A DNA stretch of 64,000 nucleotides from Stigonema sp. (GTDB taxonomy: Bacteria > Cyanobacteriota > Cyanobacteriia > Cyanobacteriales > Nostocaceae). The stretch spans positions 1,214,639-1,278,638 of the forward strand of contig CBDFMX010000002.1 in assembly GCA_965249805.1 (NCBI GenBank), written 5' to 3'. The translations under genes were made by a program, and so were the position numbers. The notes under the pieces are model-generated. The model was not told the origin of the DNA, searched no databases, and was given only the letters and a program-made list of their open reading frames with translations. Positions 51,829 through 62,826 of the stretch are shown piece after piece (the first letter of the stretch is position 1; every line of letters begins with the position of its first letter).

Positions 51829-51884
51829 ACTTGAGGGTTATTTTATCTACTCTAGGACTTACGCATTGACAGATAACGCAGACT

Positions 51885-52030
51885 GTGTATCACTTCTCGT
51901 TACAAGGCTCTGCCTTGTAATGCTCTAGTGTCCGGCTCTGCCTCCCATCAAATAGGGAGGCAGAGCCTCCTTGAGTGCATTCCCAGGCAGAGCCTGGGAA
52001 CGAGCCCCGGCAAGACGTTAAACTTAACAG
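51885..52030. repeat. MITE-like repeat, GGAGGCAGAGCCTCC family (copy 3)
   Basis: ggctctgcctcccatcaaatagggaggcagagcctccttgagtgcattcccaggcagagcctgggaacgag. Confidence 0.7.
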
Positions 52031-52089
52031 AGCTACCATGCATATGATGGTTGATGTGTAAAGTGCGTAAGTCCTATACTCGTTTGAAT

Positions 52090-52300
52090 ATAAACTAAAG
52101 TTTCGGGGGAGTGGGGGGAGATGAGGGAGTGGGGGGAGATGAGGGAATTAATTTGTCTTCCCCTACTCCCCCTACTCCCCCTACTCCCCACTCCCCACTA
52201 CGCCAGTCGCCGTGAGAGCGGGCTGACCCGACTGCAGCGCTGGCTCCCCTACTCCCTACTCCGAGTCTGATCAATTATGGTGCGTTACACTTCGTTAACG
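52090..52300. repeat. simple repeats (GGGGAGTGGGGGGAGATGAGG, CCCTACTCC, CCCACTCC), inverted relatives of the 25400-25600 array
   Basis: Directly visible. Confidence 0.8.
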
Positions 52301-52320
52301 CACCCTACAATTTGCTATCT

Positions 52321-54975
52321 TCAACTTTCGCCGTGTTCGCCGCATCGTTGAATCATTTCTGCTACCAAACCAGTCCAACCAGTTTGATGATTAGCACCTA
52401 GACCTGCGCCGTTGTCTCCATGAAAATATTCATGGAAAAGAATGAAGTCACGCCAATGGGGATTTGTTTGAAATACTTCCATAGTACCATACACTGGTCT
52501 GTGTCCAGAGGAGTTTCTGAGAAAAATCTCACCTAGCCTATTAGACAACTCAATTGCTACTTCCAGTAGGGTCATCTCTTTACCAGAACCAGTGGGACAT
52601 TCCACTTTGAAATCGTCGCCCATGTAGTGATGGAACCTTTGAAGTGATTCAATAATTAAATAATTCATCGGAAACCAAATCGGACCACGCCAGTTCGAGT
52701 TACCACCAAACAAGCCAGTGGTAGATTCAGCCGGTTCGTAATCCACTCGGTACTCTTGACCGTTTGCTGTCAAAACATAGGGATGTTCTAAGTGAAATTT
52801 AGAAACGGAACGGATACCATAGGGACTCAAGAATTCAGCTTCATCTAACATCTTGTGTAGAATGCGGCGCAACTTGTCTTCGTTGGTAATTGCCAGCAAT
52901 CGCCGATCGCCTACCCCCAGACTTTGCATACAGGATATTCCTGATGTCAAGTCAGGTCGATTCTCGATAAACCATTCTGTCCGCCGCTTGAAAGAAGGCA
53001 GTTTCTCTAAGATTTTAGGTTCCAGCGTTCCCACTGCAAACAGCGGTGCTAACCCTACCAGCGATCGCACCTTCATCGGGTAATGACTACCATCACCAGA
53101 TTTTAGCACATCGTAGTAAAACCCATCGGTTTCATCCCATAGAGCAATCTCATTTCTCCCAATGCCGTCCATCGCACTAGAAATACGGAGAAAATGCTCA
53201 AAGAATTTGCTGGCGATGTCTTCATAAACCGGATTGTCTACAGCCAATTCTAAGGCGATCGTCAGCATATTTATGCAGTACATCCCCATCCAACTGGTAC
53301 CGTCTGCCTGTTCCAAAGTGCCACCTGTGGGCAGTTGCGCACTGCGATCGAACACTCCAATATTATCTAAACCGAGAAAGCCACCCTGAAAAATATTGTT
53401 GCCCTCGATATCTTTGCGGTTCACCCACCACGTAAAGTTAAACAGTAACTTTTGAAACACGCGCTCCAGAAATTCCCGATCGCCACGTCCGTAGATATTT
53501 TGCTCTATATTGTAGACACGCCAAGCTGCCCAAGCATGAACCGGTGGGTTGACATCACCAAACGCCCATTCGTATGCCGGAAGTTGACCGTTGGGGTGCA
53601 TATACCATTCTCGCGTTAAGCGGGTCAATTGCTGCTTAGCGAAGTCAGGATCAATTATGGCAAGCGGTATCACATGAAACGCCAAATCCCAAGCAGCAAA
53701 CCAAGGGTATTCCCATGTATCGGGCATCGAGAGAACGTCATCGTTAAATACATGTACCCAATCAGAGTTTCTGCCATCTTGGCGAGACTCTGGTGGCTTT
53801 GGACCTACCGGATCGCCTTTTAGCCAATCTTCCACCACATAGTAGTAAAATTGTTTGCTCCACAACATCCCCGCAAATGCTTGTCGCTGTACACTGCGTT
53901 GGTCTTCCGATATAGGATAGGGACAAATACGGTGATAGAATTCATCGGCTTCTTTGATGCGATCGCCTAGGATTTGATCAAAATTAGCCCCAAATGGTTC
54001 TGCCAAATCTGGACGATCGCAAAGTCGCAACCGCACAGTTTTGGTTTCGCCTGCAGCGATGGTCAACACCTGATAGGCAGCAACCTTCGTTCCGATTTGA
54101 TTAGGATTGACTGCATCCTTTTGACCATGTATTATATAATTGTTAATCCCATCTTTGACGTAAGGAGAAGCATTAGCGACTCCATCTAATCTTTCAAAAT
54201 TCGTATCATTTTCTGTAAACAGCAGTTCCGTCGCCTCGTTGCAGTATAGCCATGTGTTGCCCAGGCTTGATACATAAGCTTCGATCACACTCAAGTGTTC
54301 ATCAGATTTTAAGACCTTGACACTCGGCTTTTCTTGATCGGCAAACCAAGACCAGGTATTGCGAAACCACAGTGTTGGTAATACATGTAGGGTTTTTTCT
54401 TCCGGTCCCCGATTCACAACGCTAAATTGAATCAAAATATCGGACGGTGTATTTTTGGCGTACTCAATAAACACATCAAAGTAGCGATCGTCAGCAAACA
54501 CATTTGTATCCAGCAATTCAAACTCTGGCTTTTGGCGACCTCGAATGCGATTTTCTTCCACAAGTTGAGTGTAGGGAAAAGCAGCTTGGGGATATTTGTA
54601 GACACACTTCATGTAAGAGTGCGTCGGGGTGTTGTCGAGATAGAAATAGTATTCTTTGACATCTTCCCCGTGATTGCCTTCATTTCCCGTTAAGCCAAAA
54701 ATTCTTTCTTTGAGAATTGGGTCTTGACCATTCCAAAGCGTAATGGCAAAACACAATCTTTGATGGTTATCACAAATTCCGGCGATCCCATCTTCACCCC
54801 AACGGTAAGCGCGGGACCGGGCGTGGTCGTGAGGGAAGTAGTCCCAAGCACTCCCATCACGACTATAGTCTTCACGGACGGTGCCCCATTGCCGTTCGCT
54901 GAGGTAGGGTCCCCAGCGTTTCCAATAGGCGGTGCGATCGTGGTCTTGCTGCAATCTTGCTTCTTCTTGAGTCAT
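52321..54975 (-). CDS. glycoside hydrolase family 63-like glucosidase (MOGS/mannosylglycerate-hydrolase-like)
   Basis: 884 aa. N-terminal [21 protein letters not shown]...[23 protein letters not shown]...[35 protein letters not shown] and C-terminal (alpha/alpha)6-barrel-like region are typical of bacterial GH63. Confidence 0.6.
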   Translation of the reverse strand: MTQEEARLQQDHDRTAYWKRWGPYLSERQWGTVREDYSRDGSAWDYFPHDHARSRAYRWGEDGIAGICDNHQRLCFAITLWNGQDPILKERIFGLTGNEGNHGEDVKEYYFYLDNTPTHSYMKCVYKYPQAAFPYTQLVEENRIRGRQKPEFELLDTNVFADDRYFDVFIEYAKNTPSDILIQFSVVNRGPEEKTLHVLPTLWFRNTWSWFADQEKPSVKVLKSDEHLSVIEAYVSSLGNTWLYCNEATELLFTENDTNFERLDGVANASPYVKDGINNYIIHGQKDAVNPNQIGTKVAAYQVLTIAAGETKTVRLRLCDRPDLAEPFGANFDQILGDRIKEADEFYHRICPYPISEDQRSVQRQAFAGMLWSKQFYYYVVEDWLKGDPVGPKPPESRQDGRNSDWVHVFNDDVLSMPDTWEYPWFAAWDLAFHVIPLAIIDPDFAKQQLTRLTREWYMHPNGQLPAYEWAFGDVNPPVHAWAAWRVYNIEQNIYGRGDREFLERVFQKLLFNFTWWVNRKDIEGNNIFQGGFLGLDNIGVFDRSAQLPTGGTLEQADGTSWMGMYCINMLTIALELAVDNPVYEDIASKFFEHFLRISSAMDGIGRNEIALWDETDGFYYDVLKSGDGSHYPMKVRSLVGLAPLFAVGTLEPKILEKLPSFKRRTEWFIENRPDLTSGISCMQSLGVGDRRLLAITNEDKLRRILHKMLDEAEFLSPYGIRSVSKFHLEHPYVLTANGQEYRVDYEPAESTTGLFGGNSNWRGPIWFPMNYLIIESLQRFHHYMGDDFKVECPTGSGKEMTLLEVAIELSNRLGEIFLRNSSGHRPVYGTMEVFQTNPHWRDFILFHEYFHGDNGAGLGANHQTGWTGLVAEMIQRCGEHGES

Positions 54976-55146
54976 AATTTTGCTTTCGTGTACGCATTAA
55001 TGCCACCTAAACCACCAGTGACGATGGCGATTTTTCCCAATAATGGTTTCATAATTTTTCTCTACAACATTTTCTCTAAGGTGGGCAATACCCACCCAAC
55101 CACTCCCCCTTCCCTTTTAGGGAAGGGGGTTGGGGGGTTAGGTTTT

Positions 55147-56163
55147 TTAATTCATCGTCAGCACTGCTCGAAAACGCGGCTTCCCATCACGTACACGCTC
55201 AAGAGCCTGTTGGGCATTTTCTAGAGGATGAGTTTCAATCATCGGGCGAACGCCGTGTTTGGCAGCGACTTCTAATGTCTCGCGCATATCTTTAATTGAG
55301 CCACTTGGACTGCCCATGACCCGCCGACGGGCACCGATCAAATCCATTGGCGGCGGAAAGAGGATTTCTTTGTTATCCACAGCTAGCAATACTAAGGTTC
55401 CTTCTGGAGCAAGGGCGTGGATCGCCTGTCCCATTAACTTGGATGAATTGGCAGTTGAGAGAATGACATCAGCACCACCCATCTGCTGCACCTTTTGCAC
55501 CCATTCGTCAGTACTGGAGTCAACCGCTTCATCTGCTCCCAGTTTTTCTTTAGCCAGTTGGAGTTTATCTTCGCCTCTGCTGACTGCAATTGTACGTGCT
55601 CCTAAAGCATGGGCAAACTGCAGCGCCAAATGTCCCAGTCCTCCTACACCCATCACCGCAACAGTTTGTCCCGCTTTGAAGCCAACGTAATTGAAGGGAG
55701 TGTAAACAGTAACTCCTGCACAAAACAGGGGTGCTGCGTCTTCAAAGGAAATTTCATCGGGGATGACAGTCACGTCACGGGCAGGGGCTTTGGTATACTC
55801 TGCGTATCCCCCGTTGAGGCTAACACCAGTCGCCAGTTGCTCTGGACATAAAGTTGATTCACCGCGTATGCAGTAGCGACAATGACCACAGGTGTGCTGT
55901 GCCCAAGGAATGCCAACGCGATCGCCTTTCTTGAGATAGTTGACTTGTTCGCCAACTTGTTCAATGACTCCGGCAACTTCGTGACCTGGAATCACTGGCA
56001 CTGTTGACATTCCCTTAAATTCCTCATTAACCAAATGCACATCCGAGCCGCAGACCCCGCAGGCATGGACTTTAATCAGCACATCCAAGGGACCAATCTC
56101 CGGCACAGGTACATCACGTATTTCCAGAGGTTGGTGATAATTGGGTAAAACTGCAGCTTTCAT
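55147..56163 (-). CDS. zinc-dependent alcohol dehydrogenase (MDR family)
   Basis: GHEVAGVI, catalytic zinc Cys/His (CGVCGSD; GHE), structural zinc CxxCxxC (CGHCRYC...C), NAD-binding GVGGLGH. Confidence 0.85.
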   Translation of the reverse strand: MKAAVLPNYHQPLEIRDVPVPEIGPLDVLIKVHACGVCGSDVHLVNEEFKGMSTVPVIPGHEVAGVIEQVGEQVNYLKKGDRVGIPWAQHTCGHCRYCIRGESTLCPEQLATGVSLNGGYAEYTKAPARDVTVIPDEISFEDAAPLFCAGVTVYTPFNYVGFKAGQTVAVMGVGGLGHLALQFAHALGARTIAVSRGEDKLQLAKEKLGADEAVDSSTDEWVQKVQQMGGADVILSTANSSKLMGQAIHALAPEGTLVLLAVDNKEILFPPPMDLIGARRRVMGSPSGSIKDMRETLEVAAKHGVRPMIETHPLENAQQALERVRDGKPRFRAVLTMN

Positions 56164-56274
56164 GCTATAATCTCCTAATAAGGTAAATTAGACAAGTTTA
56201 TACTTAGGGCTGGTAATCGCTAATGGTAGCAATCAGCAATTAGCAATTAGCAATTAGCAATTAGCAAATGCAAA

Positions 56275-57042
56275 CTACTGCTCATGGTAGTTCCATAGCA
56301 GTCCACCATCGACAAAGAAGGTAGCGCCAGTGATGTAGTTAGCGTCGGGTGAAGCTAAAAAGGCGACCATAGAAGCAATATCACTTGGTTCCCCTAGTCG
56401 CCCGAGAGGGATATTTTGCAGCACAGCGTTTAGCTTTGCTTTGTCTTCGATCAAACTTGTGTTAATGGGTGTGTTAATAGCTCCCGGTGCGACGTTGTTG
56501 ATCGTGATGCCCAATGGTCCGAGTTCTATTGCCAAGTTTCGCATCATCATTTTCACACCACCTTTACTTGCACAGTAAGTGGTAAAGTGCGGGAAAGGTA
56601 ATTCTTCATGCACTGAGCTAATGTTGATAATCTTTCCTTGGCGTTGAGTTTCCCTTAAGTGCTTGACGATCGCTTGTGTGGCGAAAAATACGCCTTTGAG
56701 GTTGACGTTCAGCACGTTGTCATAATCCTTTTCTGTTATATCCCAGAAATCGGCGTTCTTTTCTATACCTGCATTGTTTACCAGGATATCTAGCTTGCCG
56801 AAGTGTTGGATACCATCGGCAACCATCTGGTTGATATCGCTGACTATACCCAAATCTGCTTTGACAACTAAGCCTTTACGTCCGGCGGCTTCGACTTTCG
56901 CTTTGGTTTCCTCCGCCCCTTCTGGGTGAGAACGGTAGTCGATGATGATATCCGCACCTTCTTCTGCAAGCCGGATGGCGATCGCTTGTCCAAGACCTTG
57001 ACTACTACCTGTTACTAGCGCGACTTTACCTTCAAGTTTCAC
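56275..57042 (-). CDS. SDR-family NAD(P)-dependent oxidoreductase (glucose 1-dehydrogenase-like)
   Basis: TGSSQGLG (TGxxxGxG), NNAG, catalytic YCASK (YxxxK). 255 aa. Confidence 0.85.
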   Translation of the reverse strand: MKLEGKVALVTGSSQGLGQAIAIRLAEEGADIIIDYRSHPEGAEETKAKVEAAGRKGLVVKADLGIVSDINQMVADGIQHFGKLDILVNNAGIEKNADFWDITEKDYDNVLNVNLKGVFFATQAIVKHLRETQRQGKIINISSVHEELPFPHFTTYCASKGGVKMMMRNLAIELGPLGITINNVAPGAINTPINTSLIEDKAKLNAVLQNIPLGRLGEPSDIASMVAFLASPDANYITGATFFVDGGLLWNYHEQ

Positions 57043-57529
57043 GATCTGGTTCTCCTTTTGAAAGGGCTATGATATCTGCTGTCAGTGTGAAAAAATTAGC
57101 GGTTTCAGGTCTCTATACAAGTTAATACTTGATGGCGGCGAGAACAACTAGAAATATAGCTAGGTCTTCCACCCGCGATCAACTAAACTTTTTTGTTGTC
57201 AGCCAAGATTAATCTCCGTAATTTAATTCTTTAGATAGATTGCAAAAAGTGATCTAATTGATTTAGCAATTTGATCGCAACTCCCTGTTACCTAGGCTAC
57301 CTTACCCTTAAGCTTCTTTAGTATTCTCCTTATGGAAGAGGTAATAGCTGGCTTATGACCAAATTTTTATACCCTAAGAGTTATTCAAAAAAACTGCTCT
57401 CCCCACCAAGTGCAGAGAGAGCAGTGCCATGCCATCTAACTAAATATGTATACACTCACGTTTAATCGCATTTCGCAAATCTCTACAAAAAGTAGTCAGC
57501 AGTTTTGTTTATGGATTATGTGAATCAAT

Positions 57530-58036
57530 TTAAGGCTTACCAAGGAAGTCTATTTTGCCAAGTTCTACACCGCAGTGGCGGAGAATGTCATATGCAGTCG
57601 TGACATGGAAATAAACGTTTGGTAAAACAAAATATAGGAGAAATGGCATTCCTTGAAAAGATAGAGTGTTGTCACGCATCTGTAAGGTAATTGTTCTCTC
57701 CTCCGAACCGTCAATTTGCTCGGGTTTAAATGTATCTAAATAAGAGATAGTTTTCTTCAGGCGGTCAATCAGTTCGGGGAATGTAGTTTCATTGTCCTCA
57801 AACTTGGGGGCTTCTATCCCTGCTAGTTGTGCGGCACCTCTCCTTGCTATGTCAGAGGCAATTTGTACTTGTCTTGACAATGGAAACATATCTGGGGATA
57901 GGCGACTGTTGACCAAGACGTTCGGATCGATTTTTTTGGTTTCCGCATATGTAGCACCTTTTTCAAGAATACCCACAAGGTTATTTAGGGTGCGAATACA
58001 CACTGGTACTGAAGTTTGATACATTGAAATTGTCAT
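57530..58036 (-). CDS. DUF1993-family protein
   Basis: MTISMYQTSVPVCIRTLNNL...KKIDPNVLVNSRLSPDMFPLSRQVQIASD...FEDNETTFPEL...FVLPNVYFHVTTAYDILRHCGVELGK closely matches the conserved DUF1993 pattern. Confidence 0.65.
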   Translation of the reverse strand: MTISMYQTSVPVCIRTLNNLVGILEKGATYAETKKIDPNVLVNSRLSPDMFPLSRQVQIASDIARRGAAQLAGIEAPKFEDNETTFPELIDRLKKTISYLDTFKPEQIDGSEERTITLQMRDNTLSFQGMPFLLYFVLPNVYFHVTTAYDILRHCGVELGKIDFLGKP

Positions 58037-58116
58037 TGATATTTCTCCAGAAATGGGTCAATAGAATCATAGTTTATATTGGATGTGTAAGATTAGGTAA
58101 TCCCAGAACGCTTGGG

Positions 58117-58650
58117 GCAACGGATGTTGTAGCGGATGTAGCGGATGGGGCAACGGATGTTGTAGCGGATGTAGCGGATGGGGCAACGGATGTTGTAGCG
58201 GATGTAGCGGATGGGGCAACGGATGTTGTAGCGGATGTAGCGGATGGGGCAACGGATGTTGTAGCGGATGTAGCGGATGGGGCAACGGATGTTGTAGCGG
58301 ATGTAGCGGATGGGGCAACGGATGTTGTAGCGGATGTAGCGGATGGGGCAACGGATGTTGTAGCGGATGTAGCGGATGGGGCAACGGATGTTGTAGCGGA
58401 TGTAGCGGATGGGGCAACGGATGTTGTAGCGGATGTAGCGGATGAGGCAACGGATGTTGTAGCGGATGTAGCGGATGAGGCAACGGATGTTGTAGCGGAT
58501 GTAGCGGATGGGGCAACGGATGTTGTAGCGGATGTAGCGGATGAGGCAACGGATGTTGTCGCGGATGTAGCGGATGAGGCAACGGATGTTGTCGCGGATG
58601 TAGCGGATGAGGCAACGGATGTTGTAGCGGATGTAGCGGATGCGCTATGC
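58117..58650. repeat. 33-bp tandem repeat x about 16 (GCAACGGATGTTGTAGCGGATGTAGCGGATGGG), followed by a partial inverted copy at 58670-58705
   Basis: Near-perfect units with G/A and A/C variants. In-frame on both strands, giving ATDVVADVADG on plus and SATSATTSVAS / HPLPHPLHPLQ on minus. No convincing start or signal context for any of these frames. Confidence 0.85.
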
Positions 58651-58717
58651 TCGTCGGACGACAATTAAATTATCCGTTACATCCGTTACCCATCCGTTGC
58701 CACAGTTATAATTAAAC

Positions 58718-58736
58718 AGACCAATCGGTCTTAAAC
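58718..58736 (+). promoter_or_regulatory. candidate TetR operator: inverted repeat AGACC-N4-GGTCT followed by TAAAC, 7 nt upstream of the tetR start; related sites at 59384-59402 and 59476-59489
   Basis: agaccaatcggtcttaaac (58718), agaccgtttggtcttaaat (59384), gaacggtcttaaat (59476, half-site). All lie immediately upstream of tetR or of the downstream thioesterase gene. Confidence 0.4.
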
Positions 58737-58742
58737 ACTCAA

Positions 58743-59345
58743 ATGTCTAAAGGCGAAGAAACAAAAGAAAAAATTCTCCAACAAGCAGCCGAACTGTTTA
58801 ATCAACAGGGGTATGCTGGTTCGTCTATTTCAGATATTATGCGTGTGACAGGATTGCAGAAAGGAGGGATTTACAATCACTTCGCAAGTAAAGATGAGCT
58901 AGCACTACAGGCTTTTGACTTTGCGATCGCCTGCATTAGCAAGCGTCATAGAGCCGCGTGGCGAAGCAAACATCATGCAATTGAGCGTCTGTTCGCAATC
59001 ATTGAGACATTTCGGATCTATATAGATAAACCAGATAATCCACTCATCAAAGGAGGATGTCCGCTGCTGAATACTGCTGTGGAGAGTGATGATGCTCATC
59101 CGGCGTTACGCGATCGCGCTCAAAAGGCGATGAATTCTTGGCGTGACATGATTTGTCGAGTTATCCAAAAAGGAATCGAAAAAGGAGAAGTTCGCTCAAC
59201 AGTGAATACTGATGAAGTTGCAACTATTGTGATTGCAACGCTGGAAGGTGCTGTGATGATGAGCAAGCTTTATGGCGACTCAATTCATATCGAAAGAGCA
59301 ATTAATCATTTGACTGATTACATCGAAAGCCAATTGCGGATGTAG
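58743..59345 (+). CDS. TetR/AcrR-family transcriptional regulator
   Basis: N-terminal HTH KEKILQQAAELFNQQGYAGSSISDIMRVTGLQKGGIYNHFASKDEL. 200 aa. Confidence 0.8.
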   Translation: MSKGEETKEKILQQAAELFNQQGYAGSSISDIMRVTGLQKGGIYNHFASKDELALQAFDFAIACISKRHRAAWRSKHHAIERLFAIIETFRIYIDKPDNPLIKGGCPLLNTAVESDDAHPALRDRAQKAMNSWRDMICRVIQKGIEKGEVRSTVNTDEVATIVIATLEGAVMMSKLYGDSIHIERAINHLTDYIESQLRM

Positions 59346-59511
59346 AACCTGCGGACTTTTTTGATCGTCGTTTGTTTTAAATCAGACCGTTTGGTCTTAA
59401 ATTAGATAAGGAAGCACTGATTTTGTAAGTAATGGATGACATCACTGATACTTTATTTTTAACCTTTAACAAACTGAACGGTCTTAAATAATCAAATTTT
59501 TAGGAGCAATA

Positions 59512-59958
59512 ATGGTAATTTCTCACAACTTGCACAGACCATTAGAAGTAGAACTTGCAATACCTGTAAGGACATACGACATTGATTTTGCCGGAATTGT
59601 TAGCAATATCGTATACATTAGATGGTTAGAGGATTTACGTTCAAAGCTTTTAGATGAACACTTCTCACTTGATAAACAAGTTGAGCAAGGATATATCCCT
59701 ATCCTGGCAGGAACTGAAATTGTGTATAAACGCCCAATCAAACTTTTTGACCAAGTGATTGGACGTTTATGGTTAAGCAGTTTAGGGCGGTTGAAGTGGA
59801 TTATTCAAGCCGAAATTTTATCTAATAACGAATTGGCAGCAACAGCTATACAGAAGGGTGCATTTGTCAATTTGCAGAATGGTCGTCCCATTCCAGTTCC
59901 AGAGGAATTGCAAAAGAAATATTCGGAGTATCAGCACGTTACAGCGATTTTAAAATGA
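59512..59958 (+). CDS. hotdog-fold acyl-CoA thioesterase (4HBT/YbgC-like)
   Basis: YDIDFAGIVSNIVYIRWLEDLR (active-site Asp region of 4HBT thioesterases). 148 aa. Confidence 0.65.
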   Translation: MVISHNLHRPLEVELAIPVRTYDIDFAGIVSNIVYIRWLEDLRSKLLDEHFSLDKQVEQGYIPILAGTEIVYKRPIKLFDQVIGRLWLSSLGRLKWIIQAEILSNNELAATAIQKGAFVNLQNGRPIPVPEELQKKYSEYQHVTAILK

Positions 59959-60227
59959 ATAGACCACACGCAGACCTCGCTTCCATTCCTCTCTCCTCGT
60001 AGGAGAGAGGCTTTGATTTTCTCCCCTTCCCTTGTAGGGAAGGGGCTGGGGGTTAGGTTTTACGGGTTGTGCTTGGGTAGGTCATCGCGGTCTTTCAATT
60101 GAGGGATCTAGCCAAAATAAGGTGGTCTATGCAGGCAATATCATCGGTGCAATTGGCTCACTGATTGGAACATTGATACTGATTTTGGGCTGTTTAAATC
60201 TTGTAATTGTCAGGAGTGTTTAATTAA

Positions 60228-60680
60228 TTGAAAGAGCGATCGCAAGAACTTCAAGAAACCCTCTATGCAGAAATTCCCATCACTTACTATCTCGGAGTAG
60301 TTGTACAAGACTACAACGGTAGCTGTCTGACACTGAAAGCAGCGTTAGAGAAAAATATTAATCACAAGGATACTGCTTTTGCCGGTAGTCTCAATGCGTT
60401 GGTTACACTCGTAGGCTGGGGACTACTTTGGCTTGTCCTGAAAGAGCAAGAGTTAAAAGCGAACATCGTTATCCAAGATAGTCGTATTAACTATCTCAAA
60501 CCAGTCACAAAAGATTTCTCAGCCATCTGTCACAAGCCTAAGCCAACACAAATCTCCCAGTTCATCAACACCTTGAGAAAGAGAGAAAAAGCAAGGCTAG
60601 AACTATGCTCAGAAATATGGGAAGCAGGGGAATTAGCCGTGGCATTTCAAGGACGATACGTTGTCCTTCTCAGCAATTAG
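60228..60680 (+). CDS. putative thioesterase (YiiD C-terminal domain-like, hotdog fold)
   Basis: 150 aa. IPITYYLGVVV...GSCLTLKAALEKNINHKDTAFAGSLNALVTLVGWG resembles the YiiD_C/DUF4442 family. Confidence 0.45.
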   Translation: MKERSQELQETLYAEIPITYYLGVVVQDYNGSCLTLKAALEKNINHKDTAFAGSLNALVTLVGWGLLWLVLKEQELKANIVIQDSRINYLKPVTKDFSAICHKPKPTQISQFINTLRKREKARLELCSEIWEAGELAVAFQGRYVVLLSN

Positions 60681-60769
60681 TCAAGCATATTTGGCGTCAA
60701 TGTTACATCTTGCACCACGCTATCAGTAGCCTGCGATTCAAATCGCAGGCTAATAGGAAAGTCCACTTA

Positions 60770-61080
60770 ATATCATGTCCGTTCAAATAACCGTCATTGC
60801 GACCGAAGGGAAGCAATCCTAAAAACCTTGTGATTGCATCGTTTCACTCGCAATGACATATTAAGGGTGATTTGCCGGACATCATATAAGTAGTTATGCA
60901 AAATTAAATATACAATGTCCGAAGCGAAAGGAGTGCGAAGCGCAAGGGATGCAATCGTAAGCGTTTAGGATTGCTTGACTTCGTTCGCTGCGGACATAAA
61001 TATTTTTGCATAAGTATTTAAGTGGACTGTAAAATAATGTTTAGTCCACTTAAGTGGACTTTCGCTTTGAGCCAAGGAAT
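60770..61080. repeat. MITE-like repeats (ATATCATGTCCG...CGGACATCATAT ends; ttaagtggac / gtccacttaa inverted pair)
   Basis: Inverted ends visible at 60776/60862. The pair taagtatttaagtggactg ... tagtccacttaagtggactt lies at 61010-61070. Confidence 0.5.
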
Positions 61081-61188
61081 TTATTCCTTGGCGGTATGTC
61101 GGGCAGGTGCAAGATATGAATGTGAATCAATGTTAAAGAAACATCAATTTTCGGAGTAATTTTCGATAATGATGTAATTGGCATCGAA

Positions 61189-62493
61189 CTAAGGTAAACG
61201 AGTGAAGCTGGGTTGGTTTAGGTAGCTATAAACCAACCGAGAAACTTGATTAATAAAATCCCTGGCTCTGAGATCGTCGAAAGGTCTTTTCACAAAAATC
61301 CCTGCCAAGTAACGCCTACCAGCTGGCAACTCAATGATACCTGCATCCGCCAGAATAACCCCAAGAGTCCCTGTTTTGTGAGCAAATACCGCATCTTTAC
61401 CAAGACCAGCTTGCAGCAAACGCTTGTTTTTTACATGACGCATTATATCCAAAACCTTAGATTGGCTTGTATCACTAAGCAACTTATTATTAGCAATTAA
61501 CGCCGACAGTCGCACTAAGTCTTTAGCACTAGTCGTATTAGTTCCTTTAAAGTCGCCTAGCAGATGGTGAATGGCAGTGTTTTGCAGCCCCCAACTGCGA
61601 AACCGCTGATTTAACCTCACCTTTCCACCTAGACGGTCAATAATCATATTAGTAGCGGTATTATCACTGATGGTAATCATCTTAGTGGCAGTTTCTAAAA
61701 CACTCAGTCGGGTGCCGACAGGTTTGTCTTGCAATACTCCCGAACCTTCAGCTTCAGCTTTCAAATCACGCCGCAGCACTAAGGTTTGATTCAGCTTAAC
61801 TCTGCCAGCATCTACTTCCTGAAACAAAGCAATCAGAATCGGAAACTTAATGGTGCTAGCAGCGGGAAAAACCTTTTCCCCATAGATGTCCAAATAATTG
61901 CCGGTCTGCAAATCTAGGAAAAACATTCCTGGCGAGAGGAAGCTGTAGCGAGCCATCAATGTTTTAATTTGAGAGTTGAGCTGCAACATTTCTTTGCCTA
62001 AAGATACAGTCCCAGCAAAGGTGGAAATATCGCCGACTGGGACGGGAATCTTCTGTTCATCTAGCTTGGTGTTGGAATTTAACGCTGGGGCTTCGTTAAC
62101 AGCGACGCGGTCAATCGATGAGAATTTTACCACCCAGTGGGAGGATGAATCTCCTTTAAACAGTAAGTTTTTGGAGTCAACGGTGTAACCTGGTGCTAAT
62201 TCAATCACCAATCTGGTCGTCTTGGAGTCAACCTTTCCAATCCGAATCTCCCGAACGGCAGATCCAAAACTTTCATGGATTGTATTATCGTCAATATGAG
62301 TTCCCGGTAGGTCAATGACAAGTCTCGTTGGGTTGTTAATCAGAAAAGCTCTTGGTATAACTCCAGAATCGGTGGTTAAGTCTAGCTGATTTTTGGCGGT
62401 GTCAAAATGCCAAGATTGCAAGTTGGCGGCTTTTGTAGGAGTTGATAGCAGCACAATACTGATAACGCTCAGTAGGAAAAAGCGTAATCTCAT
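61189..62493 (-). CDS. AMIN-domain protein fused to a class A beta-lactamase-like serine hydrolase domain
   Basis: Signal peptide. AMIN-like N-domain (LQSWHFDTAKNQLDLTTDSGV...LVIDLPGT). Class A motifs STIKFP (SxxK), ISDNTA (SDN), HKTGT (KTG). Confidence 0.7.
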   Translation of the reverse strand: MRLRFFLLSVISIVLLSTPTKAANLQSWHFDTAKNQLDLTTDSGVIPRAFLINNPTRLVIDLPGTHIDDNTIHESFGSAVREIRIGKVDSKTTRLVIELAPGYTVDSKNLLFKGDSSSHWVVKFSSIDRVAVNEAPALNSNTKLDEQKIPVPVGDISTFAGTVSLGKEMLQLNSQIKTLMARYSFLSPGMFFLDLQTGNYLDIYGEKVFPAASTIKFPILIALFQEVDAGRVKLNQTLVLRRDLKAEAEGSGVLQDKPVGTRLSVLETATKMITISDNTATNMIIDRLGGKVRLNQRFRSWGLQNTAIHHLLGDFKGTNTTSAKDLVRLSALIANNKLLSDTSQSKVLDIMRHVKNKRLLQAGLGKDAVFAHKTGTLGVILADAGIIELPAGRRYLAGIFVKRPFDDLRARDFINQVSRLVYSYLNQPSFTRLP

Positions 62494-62697
62494 CCGTGTT
62501 ATTTTTAAGCGACAGTAGAATTCACATGCACAGATTTTCCTGGTTTTCCGAGTCTTGTCCGGAAGAAAACCACATGAAAGAGCGTAAGTAAATCAAATCA
62601 AGTATACAGCCTCATTGGGAAACAGCTTCCAGATATTAGATAGCCAAAGCGCAATTTTTGTTCCTATTTCTGGGTAACCAAGGCGGCAATGTGGATA

Positions 62698-62826
62698 TGG
62701 CTAAAGTTGCCCAAAAGAAATCTCAACGTCCACAGATTAAAAAGCTAGCAGACAACATCATTAAAGCACAAAACAAAGAAATTGCTGAGTTGAAACAGTG
62801 GCGACAACATTGGTATAATAAGTGAG
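62698..62826 (+). pseudogene. short ORF resembling the C-terminal end of DUF305-family proteins (remnant)
   Basis: MAKVAQKKSQRPQIKKLADNIIKAQNKEIAELKQWRQHWYNK, 42 aa. Standalone fragment. Confidence 0.25.

Noticed and set aside
58024-58668. Three long ORFs (one plus, two minus) spanning the 33-bp tandem array
   Set aside because: All three frames are open only because the unit length is a multiple of 3 with no stop codons. No RBS or signal context favours any frame. Kept as a repeat, with possible coding noted in the findings.
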